Virus record (IMG/VR): IMGVR_UViG_3300027804_002812
Location: 262,292-326,291 of that record
Origin: a virus
Lineage: Duplodnaviria; Caudoviricetes
Strand: one strand, 5' to 3'
Length of the DNA stretch: 64,000 bases
The notes below the pieces were generated by a model. It worked only from the letters and a program-made list of their open reading frames with translations. It was not told where the DNA came from and searched no databases. The translations under genes were made by a program, and so were the position numbers. Positions 1 through 8,844 of this stretch are shown piece by piece; positions within the stretch are counted from its first letter, which is position 1, and each line of letters begins with the position of its first letter.

Positions 1-712
1 TTCTTTTTATAATTGGTACCATTGTTTCTTCGAATGGAAAATTCTGTGAACATTTAATCTCGAATATTGGGAGGTCTTTATAAAATTCGGTTTGATTCCA
101 TTTTGAATTTGAATCAATAATTTCGGTAAGTGTCCGTTCATCAATTCCACCTTCAGATATCAAACTCAAATGTGTTCTGTTCGTGGATTTATCTTTTTTG
201 TCGGGTTTAATCTCATACTCCCACACATACATCTTTTCTTCAGACTTTCGATAGAAAAAAATGTAACCCGAGCCAGATATTAGATTTTTTTTGTTTTTTC
301 GTAAATACAAATCAATAGATTCGAATGCGATGTTCCATATTGATTTGGCAATGTTGAAGGCATCAAATAGTTTTGGTCCCGAAAACTTCAAAGTTTTATC
401 CAATTCATTTTCTTCTTGTTCGGTTAATTGTCTTGGTTTTTTTGGAGTTAATTCTTTAACAAGTATTTCATCATCAGGTGATTCAAATTTCTTATTGGTT
501 AACAAAAGTGTATTCTCCTTTGAGATTGATTGAATATTTGCTAAATGTAATGACAATTCCACAAAATTTGGGTATAGTTCAAACTTGTCAAAACTTTGGT
601 CACATTTCTGAAGATAGTTCAACAAGGTATATTTGTTGTACTCGAAATCCAATGGTTCTTTGAACATCCATTCTGGATTTAATTTGAATGATATCTTTTT
701 CTTTCTACCCAT
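1..712 (-). CDS. Conserved hypothetical protein resembling a Bacteroidota chromosomal family (3' end runs off window)
   Basis: Not in ORF track because no stop lies in the window. Manual translation from ATG at 712 is open to base 1: MGRKKKISFKLNPEWMFKEPLDFEYNKYTLLNYLQ...FPFEETMVPIIKR. The W-x5-DFEY-x-KY-x-LL-x-YLQ and FP-x-EET-x2-P-x2-KR motifs recall an uncharacterised Bacteroidota family. Confidence 0.75.
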   Translation of the reverse strand, partial: MGRKKKISFKLNPEWMFKEPLDFEYNKYTLLNYLQKCDQSFDKFELYPNFVELSLHLANIQSISKENTLLLTNKKFESPDDEILVKELTPKKPRQLTEQEENELDKTLKFSGPKLFDAFNIAKSIWNIAFESIDLYLRKNKKNLISGSGYIFFYRKSEEKMYVWEYEIKPDKKDKSTNRTHLSLISEGGIDERTLTEIIDSNSKWNQTEFYKDLPIFEIKCSQNFPFEETMVPIIKR

Positions 713-738
713 AGGGAAATTATAATAGTTATTAACTA

Positions 739-1581
739 TTAATCAATTCTCATTATATAAAATAAGTCTCCGTCAGCATAAACCTCGTGAGCCTCTCCAT
801 CATACCTTGCAAGAAAATGTCCATAACCGTCTGTATCAATCAAATCTTCGATAAGAGATTCCACATCAACAAATCGTTCCCAATTAACGTCAAATTCGTC
901 TATAAACCACCATGGGTCTCTTCTGACATCACGTAAATTATCCGCAATCCTTTCTTCAATTAATTCATCAGGAAACTCCCCTTCAGGTTCTGAATTTATT
1001 TCTTCAATTTCAATTTCGTATTCGTCAATTAATTCGTTGAATTCTACTATCTTGGATGAAAGCCAACTATCATTTTTCCCACCCATTGCATTTTGAAATT
1101 GTTTAATCCCATTTTCTAATCTCTCCTTCTTCTTGGTAAGAATTTCGACTTGCTCAAGTTGTTTTCCAGACAACATTCTATCTTTGTCATCGAAATATGC
1201 TTCAGGATAATCATTGATATCTTCAGTATAATACTCTTCCGCGTAATTAATGACTTCTTCTATATCTAAATGGCCTTCCACAAAATCTTTATTGAAAGTT
1301 TCTATCCCTTCCGTTTCTATCATATCTTTGATGTAATTATAACAAGAATCTCGGGTATCATATTCATCACCAACAGCATATTCCTTATCCTCAACAATGA
1401 TCAGATCCATATCAAAATAGTCTCCTCCATACACTATATCGTCCAAAGTTGTGTCCTCGTCCAAATCTCCAACATCTTTTAGCCAACTCAAAAGGAGTTC
1501 AGCCTTCAATTTTAATGAGGGATTTTCCAAAAATAGTTTGGTTCGGTCTTTGGCGGATTCATTTTGTTGTGAAAATTTCAT
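739..1581 (-). CDS. Highly acidic hypothetical protein with central coiled coil
   Basis: 280 aa ORF; hand count about 78 D/E of 280; C-terminal DGYGHFLARYDGE motif; TATTTAT 14 nt upstream. Confidence 0.75.
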   Translation of the reverse strand: MKFSQQNESAKDRTKLFLENPSLKLKAELLLSWLKDVGDLDEDTTLDDIVYGGDYFDMDLIIVEDKEYAVGDEYDTRDSCYNYIKDMIETEGIETFNKDFVEGHLDIEEVINYAEEYYTEDINDYPEAYFDDKDRMLSGKQLEQVEILTKKKERLENGIKQFQNAMGGKNDSWLSSKIVEFNELIDEYEIEIEEINSEPEGEFPDELIEERIADNLRDVRRDPWWFIDEFDVNWERFVDVESLIEDLIDTDGYGHFLARYDGEAHEVYADGDLFYIMRID

Positions 1582-1595
1582 CAGTTTTTTATTTA

Positions 1596-1640
1596 ATAAA
1601 TATCTTTATGCAATATAATTAAAGTAAGGAACTATTTATA
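1596..1640. promoter_or_regulatory. Divergent pair of TATTTAT(A) putative phage late-promoter motifs
   Basis: TATTTAT on - strand at 1596-1602 upstream of ATG 1581; TATTTATA on + strand at 1633-1640 upstream of ATG 1669. Confidence 0.5.
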
Positions 1641-1668
1641 GACATAAACAAATTAAATTATCACCACC

Positions 1669-1824
1669 ATGGGATGCGGATGCAAAAACAATAATCAACC
1701 TCAGCCTCAGGCTCAACAACCAACAACAACTCAATTAGTAAAAGAACAACAAAATGAGAGTGTTAAGGCGGCTATCAAAAAAACTGTAGAGAAGTATTAC
1801 AACGTAAACAAAACTTCTAACTAA
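1669..1824 (+). CDS. Small 51-aa protein starting MGCGCK, with a Gln/Pro/Thr-rich linker
   Basis: Below the ORF-track cutoff: MGCGCKNNNQPQPQAQQPTTTQLVKEQQNESVKAAIKKTVEKYYNVNKTSN*. Upstream TATTTATA and downstream terminator hairpin. Confidence 0.7.
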   Translation: MGCGCKNNNQPQPQAQQPTTTQLVKEQQNESVKAAIKKTVEKYYNVNKTSN

Positions 1825-1846
1825 GTTTTAGTGTAAGGGATTTATG

Positions 1847-1873
1847 AGAGGGACAATTTTTTGTCCCTTTTTT
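1847..1873 (+). terminator. Rho-independent terminator
   Basis: AGGGACAA-TTTT-TTGTCCCT followed by a T run, just after stop 1824. Confidence 0.7.
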
Positions 1874-1885
1874 GTATTTATTAAT

Positions 1886-2881
1886 ATGGATTTTCAAAAA
1901 ATAATAGACGATTTCAATGATGGTGAATTTGACGCTGAACTTTTTTTTGGTGATTGGGACACATTTTTTACTGTTTTGGACAAAAGAGGTTTAATTAACC
2001 AAATTGATATTGAGAATACAGAGGTACAGAATGCGTTGTTAATTTGGCTTCATGGTAGGGACCGTAAAAGGTTCCTTGAATTTGTTGAAGATAAATTGTC
2101 GGATATTTTCGTTGACGAAAATGGCGTGGTTTATTTGGATTTGGATGAAAGGTCTGATTTGGCGAATTTTTTCTGTGAACGCACCCGAAATGGTCTCTCA
2201 ACATACTATATAAATGCCATTCTTTCAGGTGAAAACGATGCCTTTTTCAATTACGACACAACTGATAGTGTTTATCGTGATGTTATTGAAGGGCTAACCC
2301 CAAAAAATATGAAACGTCTTAGAGAATATGTAGTCGAAAATCTAAAAGGCCAAAAAATAAAAACTGAAACTATCGAACTAGAAGATATTGCAAGGGAACA
2401 AGGTCATCCCGAATATGTTATAGTCGATGATTCTATAACGGCGCAAACTATCATAGACGATAAAGAGTCAATGAATTACCTTTTAGAGACTTATCTTGAA
2501 GAGTTAAATGACGAACTACTGTCCATTCATAATAATGCTTACAACCAAGCATATGAGAGTGAACTTTACGGAAAAATTTTCAGTGAATTACAAGAATATA
2601 TAAACGGTAATGGTGAATATTATTCACAACCTCACCGTTTCAAAAAAGATACAATGACTCAACGGTTTAGAGTTCCTGTTGCATCGAACTTTGACGAAAT
2701 AATTTTGGACTATTTAATTTCAAACAAGAATCGAGGATCTCGTGGATTATTAGAATATTGGGGTGATTACATACCAATGATTCAAGATGAAAAAGATTGT
2801 TTAACGGTACATTCCCCAGACTATCCTGACTTTAGAGAGGTTGAAAATAATATTAATGAAATTTTCACCGATTACATCTAA
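1886..2881 (+). CDS. Acidic hypothetical protein
   Basis: ORF track starts at 1844, inside the terminator; ATG 1886 (MDFQKIID) is preferred and follows TATTTAT at 1875-1881. Confidence 0.7.
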   Translation: MDFQKIIDDFNDGEFDAELFFGDWDTFFTVLDKRGLINQIDIENTEVQNALLIWLHGRDRKRFLEFVEDKLSDIFVDENGVVYLDLDERSDLANFFCERTRNGLSTYYINAILSGENDAFFNYDTTDSVYRDVIEGLTPKNMKRLREYVVENLKGQKIKTETIELEDIAREQGHPEYVIVDDSITAQTIIDDKESMNYLLETYLEELNDELLSIHNNAYNQAYESELYGKIFSELQEYINGNGEYYSQPHRFKKDTMTQRFRVPVASNFDEIILDYLISNKNRGSRGLLEYWGDYIPMIQDEKDCLTVHSPDYPDFREVENNINEIFTDYI

Positions 2882-2938
2882 TTATTCTATTCTTTTTGTA
2901 AGTACAATTTATTATCATTCAACAAATCAGTTAATTAA

Positions 2939-3685
2939 ATGATATTAAAGAAGACTAACAGCAGGGTTTATACAATAAATTTATTTTCAGACTATCTACT
3001 AACCAAAATCCCAAACACAGAAGAATCAATTTTCTCTGTAGCAGATTGTAAAAATTTCATTATTATAAAAGGCAAGACCTCCCATAAAGAAATTTTGGAT
3101 ATCAGTTCAATAACAAAAGAGTTCAACGAAAAATACGAACCTGAAACACCAATTTCTCACACAATAGATTTAATTGAATATGATTGTAAGTTATCCAAAG
3201 TAAAAAATTTGGAATTCATCTTACATAAGTCAGAAAACTGTTCTTACCATAAAACCCAAATTGAAAAATTCTCCTTGAATGAATCATCATTTGATTTCAA
3301 TTGTTACCCATCGAAAGTATCTGATGATGATTTGATTGTGACATCCGAATTCCCTCATGGTTATTCCTTGAATCAGGGAAGGCTTATCTATCTTTACGGA
3401 AAACATATTTTTTATAGTATTCCAACTAACTACAGAGATTCATCCATTATTTTTAATCTGTCTTTGGAAAAAAATGATGATAATGATAATATCATATCAA
3501 TCTTTGATGTGGATAAAAACTCTGAAGATGAAACCTTAAAGTCCGCAATATTAGATGTATTCGATTTTGATATGTCTTGGTTATCATCTGAAATGAAAAA
3601 AGTGGATTGGAGTGTTGAACTCACAAATCCACTCGAGGAATATCCTTTTATCAAAAAGAAAAACAAGGACTTTATTATTTTCTAA
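2939..3685 (+). CDS. Degenerate, shortened S-adenosylmethionine synthetase (MetK/MAT)-fold protein
   Basis: Segments align by eye to the MAT N- and C-domains: INLFSDYLL~DQISDAIL; FIIIKGKTS..LDISSI~VFVTGEIT..VDIPKI; GYSLNQGRLIYLYGKHIF~GKDPSKVDRSAAYMARYIA; LKSAILDVFDF~IREVFDL; EYPFIKK~FPWEK. GHPDK and GGGAFSGK are absent. Confidence 0.55.
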   Translation: MILKKTNSRVYTINLFSDYLLTKIPNTEESIFSVADCKNFIIIKGKTSHKEILDISSITKEFNEKYEPETPISHTIDLIEYDCKLSKVKNLEFILHKSENCSYHKTQIEKFSLNESSFDFNCYPSKVSDDDLIVTSEFPHGYSLNQGRLIYLYGKHIFYSIPTNYRDSSIIFNLSLEKNDDNDNIISIFDVDKNSEDETLKSAILDVFDFDMSWLSSEMKKVDWSVELTNPLEEYPFIKKKNKDFIIF

Positions 3686-3981
3686 ATAATCCCAACATTC
3701 TTTCGATGTTCATTGATTATTTGAAGTGCTTCCGTCAACTCGTTATAATTTTTTTCAGGTGTGTATAGGAAGGATTTATAATCCTTCCCACTACCTTCAA
3801 TAATCAATAATGCTGGAATCATATCATTATCAGTTATTTCACTGAAAATGTCGTATTCATCTTTATACTCATCGATATCTCTATCAAAAAATTCAACTCC
3901 CTCTTCCTTCAACATTTTTTTGAAGTCGACACAAAAGGGACATCCTTTCATAGTATAGACAATTACATTCAGATCCTTCAT
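3682..3981 (-). CDS. Glutaredoxin/NrdH-like redoxin
   Basis: VIVYTMKGCPFC active-site motif, 99 aa. Confidence 0.85.
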   Translation of the reverse strand: MKDLNVIVYTMKGCPFCVDFKKMLKEEGVEFFDRDIDEYKDEYDIFSEITDNDMIPALLIIEGSGKDYKSFLYTPEKNYNELTEALQIINEHRKNVGII

Positions 3982-3986
3982 AATCT

Positions 3987-4304
3987 TTAATCTAATAATT
4001 TAAGAAGTTGATCTGGTGACATCACACCTGGCTTTGAAAAAGTTTCCTCTCCATTCTCAAATATTTTAATCGTAGGAACTCCCCTAACATTCCACTCTTT
4101 CATAAGGTCCATATCTTGTTCAATGTCAAATTTATAGACCCCGTATTTCGGTGTTCCTTTTTGCATTAAAGATTCATTAACTTTTTCAAGGTTTCCCAAC
4201 ATTATTTTGCACGGTCCACACCAAGTTGCAAATAGGTCAAGGACGAAGTTTTCCTTGTTGTTAATTTTTTGTTTTAGTTCTTCACTTGTTAGTTGTTTTG
4301 TCAT
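3987..4304 (-). CDS. trxA: Thioredoxin
   Basis: DLFATWCGPC active site and cis-Pro motif VRGVPT, 105 aa. Confidence 0.92.
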   Translation of the reverse strand: MTKQLTSEELKQKINNKENFVLDLFATWCGPCKIMLGNLEKVNESLMQKGTPKYGVYKFDIEQDMDLMKEWNVRGVPTIKIFENGEETFSKPGVMSPDQLLKLLD

Positions 4305-4620
4305 TGTTAAATTGTTTTAATAGTTGTTGTATAAAAATTGTTAGTTCGCTGTATTGACTCTGATTGTAATAGACAATTAAATTCGATTCAACTTCACCTA
4401 ACAATAAATATAAATAAAATCCCTGTTTTGTTTTATAAATTTTTTTATTGAATTCAGTTTTTACATTAATAATACCTGTGAATGCCTCACTCCAAACGAC
4501 TTCTAAACTTCTATTATCAATGAATTTATAAATAGAATGTCCAGGAAAATCCAATCTTAAACTGGAAAAAACGTCCGAACCAATTTCTTTGTTTTTTATG
4601 TATTCAGGTTTTTCTACCAT
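4282..4620 (-). CDS. Hypothetical protein
   Basis: 112 aa ORF co-directional within the operon. Confidence 0.6.
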   Translation of the reverse strand: MVEKPEYIKNKEIGSDVFSSLRLDFPGHSIYKFIDNRSLEVVWSEAFTGIINVKTEFNKKIYKTKQGFYLYLLLGEVESNLIVYYNQSQYSELTIFIQQLLKQFNNDKTTNK

Positions 4621-4625
4621 AGTTA

Positions 4626-6302
4626 TTAAAAGTCTAATGTACGAGGTCCCTCGATTGTTTTATGTCTCCATTTCAAGAAACCATCCTCATCCCAATATGA
4701 GTCGGATTCAAAGAATACCCCATTATAACACTTTTTGGTTATTTTCACGGTTTCAAATCTATCATCGTTTACGTAATATAACATTTTCAAATCCAATTTC
4801 AATAGCCAGTACATCCATTCATCCGATAATTTCCCATTGTATTTCCCCAAACTTTGTACTCTACGACATTTAACCTTATCATCCTCTCGATATAACTGAT
4901 ATTCAATAGTTGCCCTTTCCTCAGAATATCTTGAACCCTTCCTGAAAGATAGTATTATATTTGACGGCTTACCAATATAGGTTTTTACACAGTTTGATTG
5001 AATTGAACTTTCTTGATTATATGAGGTTGAATCATCCAATAATACAGGATAATATTCTCCCAATGGTTGTTCCAAATGTTCGTAAGAATAGATAGGGTAA
5101 ATCCTTTCATAGTGACCATTTTTATAGAATGTCAATTTATCCGACCAATCCAAATGTTCATTTCTAAAGATGTCTACATCATTACTCATCCACCTCAAAT
5201 CGGTTTCACCATACATTTTTAATTGGGTGTAAATTTCAATGTGGTCGATGAATGTATAGGTGTCTAGCATTTCCTCAAAGTATACTTTCTTGAATAAATT
5301 GAATACCCTACGTAGTTCATCTTTACCAATTACATTTACAAACTCAGCGGGAACATCCCTATCTTTGATTTTGAACTCAGAATTCAAAGTTTGTAAAATA
5401 AAATCATCATCTTGATTAATCCAATCATCACCGAATAATTTTCTTGCTATCAAGTACAAGTCCAAGTTAAGTGATTTACAACCATGAAGACATTTTTTTA
5501 ATTTCTTTCCAGTCAATCCATTATGTATCATAAACGCATCCACCAATCGATTGTCATTCTTTTTAAGTGTCTTTCTAAAGATAGGACCAACTAATTTGGA
5601 AGAATACAAATGGAAATTGTTTGGATACTTAATCCCTTTTTTGTCTAAATAAAACTTGAATAATCTTTTGTCTAAACTAAAGAAACTAATTAATCCTCTC
5701 CCATCAATCTCATCCATAAATTTTGATGATGCATCCACAGCAACCTCTATAGAGTTATGTGAATATGACCATATTTTATCTCTTATGACATATCCTATGT
5801 TTGATATCGGTTCGTATAAGAAAAAATTTTTGTGAAGTTTTTTATGTACTTTCTTCTTATTTTGATAATTGCGTAAAAATCCTGAGTATACATCACCAGT
5901 TTTGGTGTTGACGGTGATGTAGTCTACGTTCCGAACAACTTTGAACCACTTGTTTCCAACTTTTCTTTCTCTAAACCCATTAAAGACCTTCATAGAGACC
6001 TTATCTCCATCACGTTCGACCACAATCATCAAATAAGATTTGAGTACCCTAGCTAAAGGATTTCCGTAGTGTAACACAAAGTCCTCCTCAACATTGGAAA
6101 CGAAGTTCTCTAAATAAACATCAGATTTTTTTGATAAGTTTATTTTATCATTTGCACAAAGTAGTTGGTCCCAAATATCCGCTTCATTTTCATCATCGAA
6201 AAAATATTTGTTTCTTGAGTGCGGGAAGGTAATCGGAACGGTGTCGTGAAATACGACCGTAGTGTAAGCGTCATAACTAACTTTGAAAATTTCTTCTTTC
6301 AT
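4626..6302 (-). CDS. PcfJ-like domain protein
   Basis: C-terminal PVLLDDSTSYNQESSIQSNCVKTY...RATIEY...VQSLGKYN matches the PcfJ-type E-x4-(H/N)CV-x-TY...Q-x2-G-x2-N pattern. Confidence 0.7.
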   Translation of the reverse strand: MKEEIFKVSYDAYTTVVFHDTVPITFPHSRNKYFFDDENEADIWDQLLCANDKINLSKKSDVYLENFVSNVEEDFVLHYGNPLARVLKSYLMIVVERDGDKVSMKVFNGFRERKVGNKWFKVVRNVDYITVNTKTGDVYSGFLRNYQNKKKVHKKLHKNFFLYEPISNIGYVIRDKIWSYSHNSIEVAVDASSKFMDEIDGRGLISFFSLDKRLFKFYLDKKGIKYPNNFHLYSSKLVGPIFRKTLKKNDNRLVDAFMIHNGLTGKKLKKCLHGCKSLNLDLYLIARKLFGDDWINQDDDFILQTLNSEFKIKDRDVPAEFVNVIGKDELRRVFNLFKKVYFEEMLDTYTFIDHIEIYTQLKMYGETDLRWMSNDVDIFRNEHLDWSDKLTFYKNGHYERIYPIYSYEHLEQPLGEYYPVLLDDSTSYNQESSIQSNCVKTYIGKPSNIILSFRKGSRYSEERATIEYQLYREDDKVKCRRVQSLGKYNGKLSDEWMYWLLKLDLKMLYYVNDDRFETVKITKKCYNGVFFESDSYWDEDGFLKWRHKTIEGPRTLDF

Positions 6303-6315
6303 ATTTTAATTATAA

Positions 6316-6346
6316 TAAAAAAAATGGGGGATATAAACCCCCCACT
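6316..6346 (-). terminator. Rho-independent terminator after DUF932 gene
   Basis: - strand GTGGGGG(G)-TTTATAT-CCCCCAT followed by a long T run. Confidence 0.8.
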
Positions 6347-6349
6347 TAA

Positions 6350-7099
6350 TTAACAATAAGACTCCGCCAACTCCCAAAGATTAGTATTAATCTTGTTGAT
6401 GGATTGGAAGTTTTTCAATTCTTTCATCGAAGTGAATCTTCCTTTTTCGGATTGGTATCTCAAACCTCCTCGAACAAACTTCTCTTGAATTACGTTGAAC
6501 GTAGTCCAAACTGAACTTCCTGAATCCTCATGTCTGATAGGACGAAGGAAGTCCTCAAATTTGATTTTAGGGATTGACCCTCTTTCCCAACGGATTGAAG
6601 TGGCTTTGGTTACAAAGTCAACCACTTTTTCTTCATCCAAGAATGTAGTCTCCATCTTACCTACAGACCTTTGGATTACTGGCAGTCTTTCCGCAAATTG
6701 GTCTGTGATTTGTTTCACTGTCCCCATGTCAAACTTCATGTGTTTAACAGAAATTTTATCCGAAAGGGACGTTGGTACTGTTAGACCATTGGAACAAACT
6801 AATCGATAAAGTCCAGCGCTTACTGAGAACGTACTCATTCCATTGTGGGAGTTTCTGATAATCGCCTCTACCAAAGAATCCCCTACCTGTGGAAATTCCA
6901 CATTACGTAGTCTTAACTCATGTTGAGCGTAAGATCCTCTACCATTTTGTTTAGCGGAGAACACTTTCCATCCTTCATTCTCAAAGTTTTCGAGAATGTC
7001 CATTGTCGGTACAAAAGTGTACTTGTTCGACATTTTTGGAGATGGAGAGGTGGTGAATACTGAGGGAGCGATTCTCTTAAGGTAGTCTGTCGTTATCAT
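6350..7099 (-). CDS. DUF932/DUF945 family protein
   Basis: Motifs Y.FVPT..IL, HELRL, IRNSHNG.S.F....G.YRLVCSNGL and WTTFNVIQE. Confidence 0.85.
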   Translation of the reverse strand: MITTDYLKRIAPSVFTTSPSPKMSNKYTFVPTMDILENFENEGWKVFSAKQNGRGSYAQHELRLRNVEFPQVGDSLVEAIIRNSHNGMSTFSVSAGLYRLVCSNGLTVPTSLSDKISVKHMKFDMGTVKQITDQFAERLPVIQRSVGKMETTFLDEEKVVDFVTKATSIRWERGSIPKIKFEDFLRPIRHEDSGSSVWTTFNVIQEKFVRGGLRYQSEKGRFTSMKELKNFQSINKINTNLWELAESYC

Positions 7100-7118
7100 G
7101 TCTTATTGATTTAGAATT

Positions 7119-7150
7119 CAAAGATATGATAAGAAATTTAATTTGCCAAA
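7119..7150 (-). promoter_or_regulatory. Bacteroidota sigmaA-type promoter (-33/-7)
   Basis: - strand TTTG (7150-7147), 20 nt spacer, TATCTTTG (7126-7119), 19 nt before ATG 7099; exact match to the TTTG/TAnnTTTG consensus. Confidence 0.75.
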
Positions 7151-7151
7151 C

Positions 7152-7433
7152 TCAATTCAAAAAAAGATAACCAAATTTCGTTTTTTGAATAAAATTTTTT
7201 GAAAGTTCTTCAACTACCTGTTTATCAGGTTGATTAATTTCGGAGCAGACATCAATTAATTGAGATTGGGTGAGGCTCACGTCCTCACCCTTCTCATAAT
7301 TTTCAATCGCTATTTCTTTGATTTTGGTGTAAAAGTATTCTTCCTTGTCTTTGGAGACCAAATTCAATAAGTCAGTAGGATTTTCCCTAAAAAACTTAAT
7401 GATGTTATTCATGTATATCTCAACATCAACCAT
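7152..7433 (-). CDS. Hypothetical protein
   Basis: 93 aa ORF in co-directional series. Confidence 0.6.
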   Translation of the reverse strand: MVDVEIYMNNIIKFFRENPTDLLNLVSKDKEEYFYTKIKEIAIENYEKGEDVSLTQSQLIDVCSEINQPDKQVVEELSKNFIQKTKFGYLFLN

Positions 7434-7459
7434 ATCAATTAAAATTAATTTACGAAATA

Positions 7460-8800
7460 CTAATTTTCACTTTTGTCCATATATTCCAAATCCCACATGT
7501 TAGGGCCTATTGGATCGCCTTTTTCTTCTATTTTCTTAGGTACTCTTACATTGTCACATCCTTTTAGATTCAAAAACATAAGATTCGGTAAATCAGCAAC
7601 ACAATCAGGTATTGTTCTTAATTCAGGATTTCTAGTAATCGCTAAAAAATTCAAATTTTTAAGATTACATATTGAATCAGGTATTTTTGAGAAAGTAATA
7701 TTGTCTGTAAGAATATTAGTCAAGTTTTGAAGCTTACCAATATCTTCCGGTAATTCTACATGTATAGGGTCTTTACTGTCTCTGTTTTGAATTAGAATTC
7801 TTTCCAAAGATTTAGGTAAACTGTCCATTAAGTCCTCTAAACCATATAATGCAATGAATTTACCAACAGAACCTGAACTTAAACTCTCAATTTTTAATTC
7901 TTTACCTCCGAGTACAATGCCTTTAGCAAATTCAGGTTTGAAGAAAGGTTTCAACTCGGACATAGGCCCATTCAATAGTTGAACTAAATCTTGTTGTCTG
8001 TCATCCTTATCCATGAACTGGTTAGATTGAAAATGGAATTGATATCTTTCCTTAGGAAGTCCTGTCATTGGACTGACATCGGTATCATTAGGATTAAAAA
8101 TTACATATAGAGGTCCATCTTTTATGTATCTGTCGAACCAGCTAGCACCTGGTGCTGAAGTACACCATCTCGTTTCTTGGTTGTTTCCACCATAGAAACA
8201 AGCCGCTTCCTTACCTACCGCTCCTTTATCCTCAATTTCTACAACTCTCCAATTTTCCCCGTCATAAACCAACTTTGCGCCTGGATGAACAGGTGCAGAT
8301 TTTCTTTCAGCCTTTGTTGTAGTCGCTAATGTTAAATCAAAATCTTTAACCGCGTCATAAAGTTGATCAGGTGTCAACTTATTGATGTCTCTCATTTCTT
8401 TAGGAAGTCGTCCTTTGAATCTATCAAACTTTTTAAGATCATCAGTAACCTTGTAAAGGTCTTCCATGAAAACATCCTTAGCGCGTTTTACATCTTTTTC
8501 ATAGGTATAATCACCAGGATTTGTTTCAGTTTTTGGCATCAAATAATGCTTCACCAGCCAAGGAACATAACTTCCAGCTTTAATCTTACCCAATTCCTCA
8601 GGAGTGGCAGTTTCAATGTCCACGTTGTTTAATCTAGTTGTTGGGTCTGCTAATACCAAATCAACAAACTCTTTCTTTGAAAGTTTAGGTCTTAACTTAT
8701 TACCCTCTTTGTCCTTACCAGATTTAGTTAAAGCGTTCATCAAAACCTCAAATCTTGACTGTTCAACTATGATTGACTTTAATAACGAAGTAAATTTCAT
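7460..8800 (-). CDS. Phage 'WC(T/I)S' domain protein fused to C-terminal leucine-rich repeats
   Basis: AACFYGG...TRWCTS...WFDRY core; C-terminal LxxLxxLxLxxN-like units (LPEDIGKLQNLTNI, IPDSICNLKNLNFL, IPDCVADLPNLMFLNL). Confidence 0.7.
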   Translation of the reverse strand: MKFTSLLKSIIVEQSRFEVLMNALTKSGKDKEGNKLRPKLSKKEFVDLVLADPTTRLNNVDIETATPEELGKIKAGSYVPWLVKHYLMPKTETNPGDYTYEKDVKRAKDVFMEDLYKVTDDLKKFDRFKGRLPKEMRDINKLTPDQLYDAVKDFDLTLATTTKAERKSAPVHPGAKLVYDGENWRVVEIEDKGAVGKEAACFYGGNNQETRWCTSAPGASWFDRYIKDGPLYVIFNPNDTDVSPMTGLPKERYQFHFQSNQFMDKDDRQQDLVQLLNGPMSELKPFFKPEFAKGIVLGGKELKIESLSSGSVGKFIALYGLEDLMDSLPKSLERILIQNRDSKDPIHVELPEDIGKLQNLTNILTDNITFSKIPDSICNLKNLNFLAITRNPELRTIPDCVADLPNLMFLNLKGCDNVRVPKKIEEKGDPIGPNMWDLEYMDKSEN

Positions 8801-8844
8801 TTAACTTTAATTTATTAATAAATATATTGTTATTACAAAAATAA

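Noticed and set aside
1669-1686. MGCGCK as a eukaryotic myristoylation/palmitoylation signal
   Set aside because: Bacterial hosts lack N-myristoyltransferase and none is encoded in the window; kept only as a Cys-motif observation.
1844-1885. ORF-track start at 1844
   Set aside because: It lies within the terminator hairpin; ATG 1886 follows TATTTAT. Starts were similarly shortened for 10867, 11997, 12594, 24813, 36381 and 50038.
2939-3685. Functional SAM synthetase (auxiliary metabolic gene)
   Set aside because: Far shorter than MetK and lacks the GHPDK and GGGAFSGK catalytic motifs.
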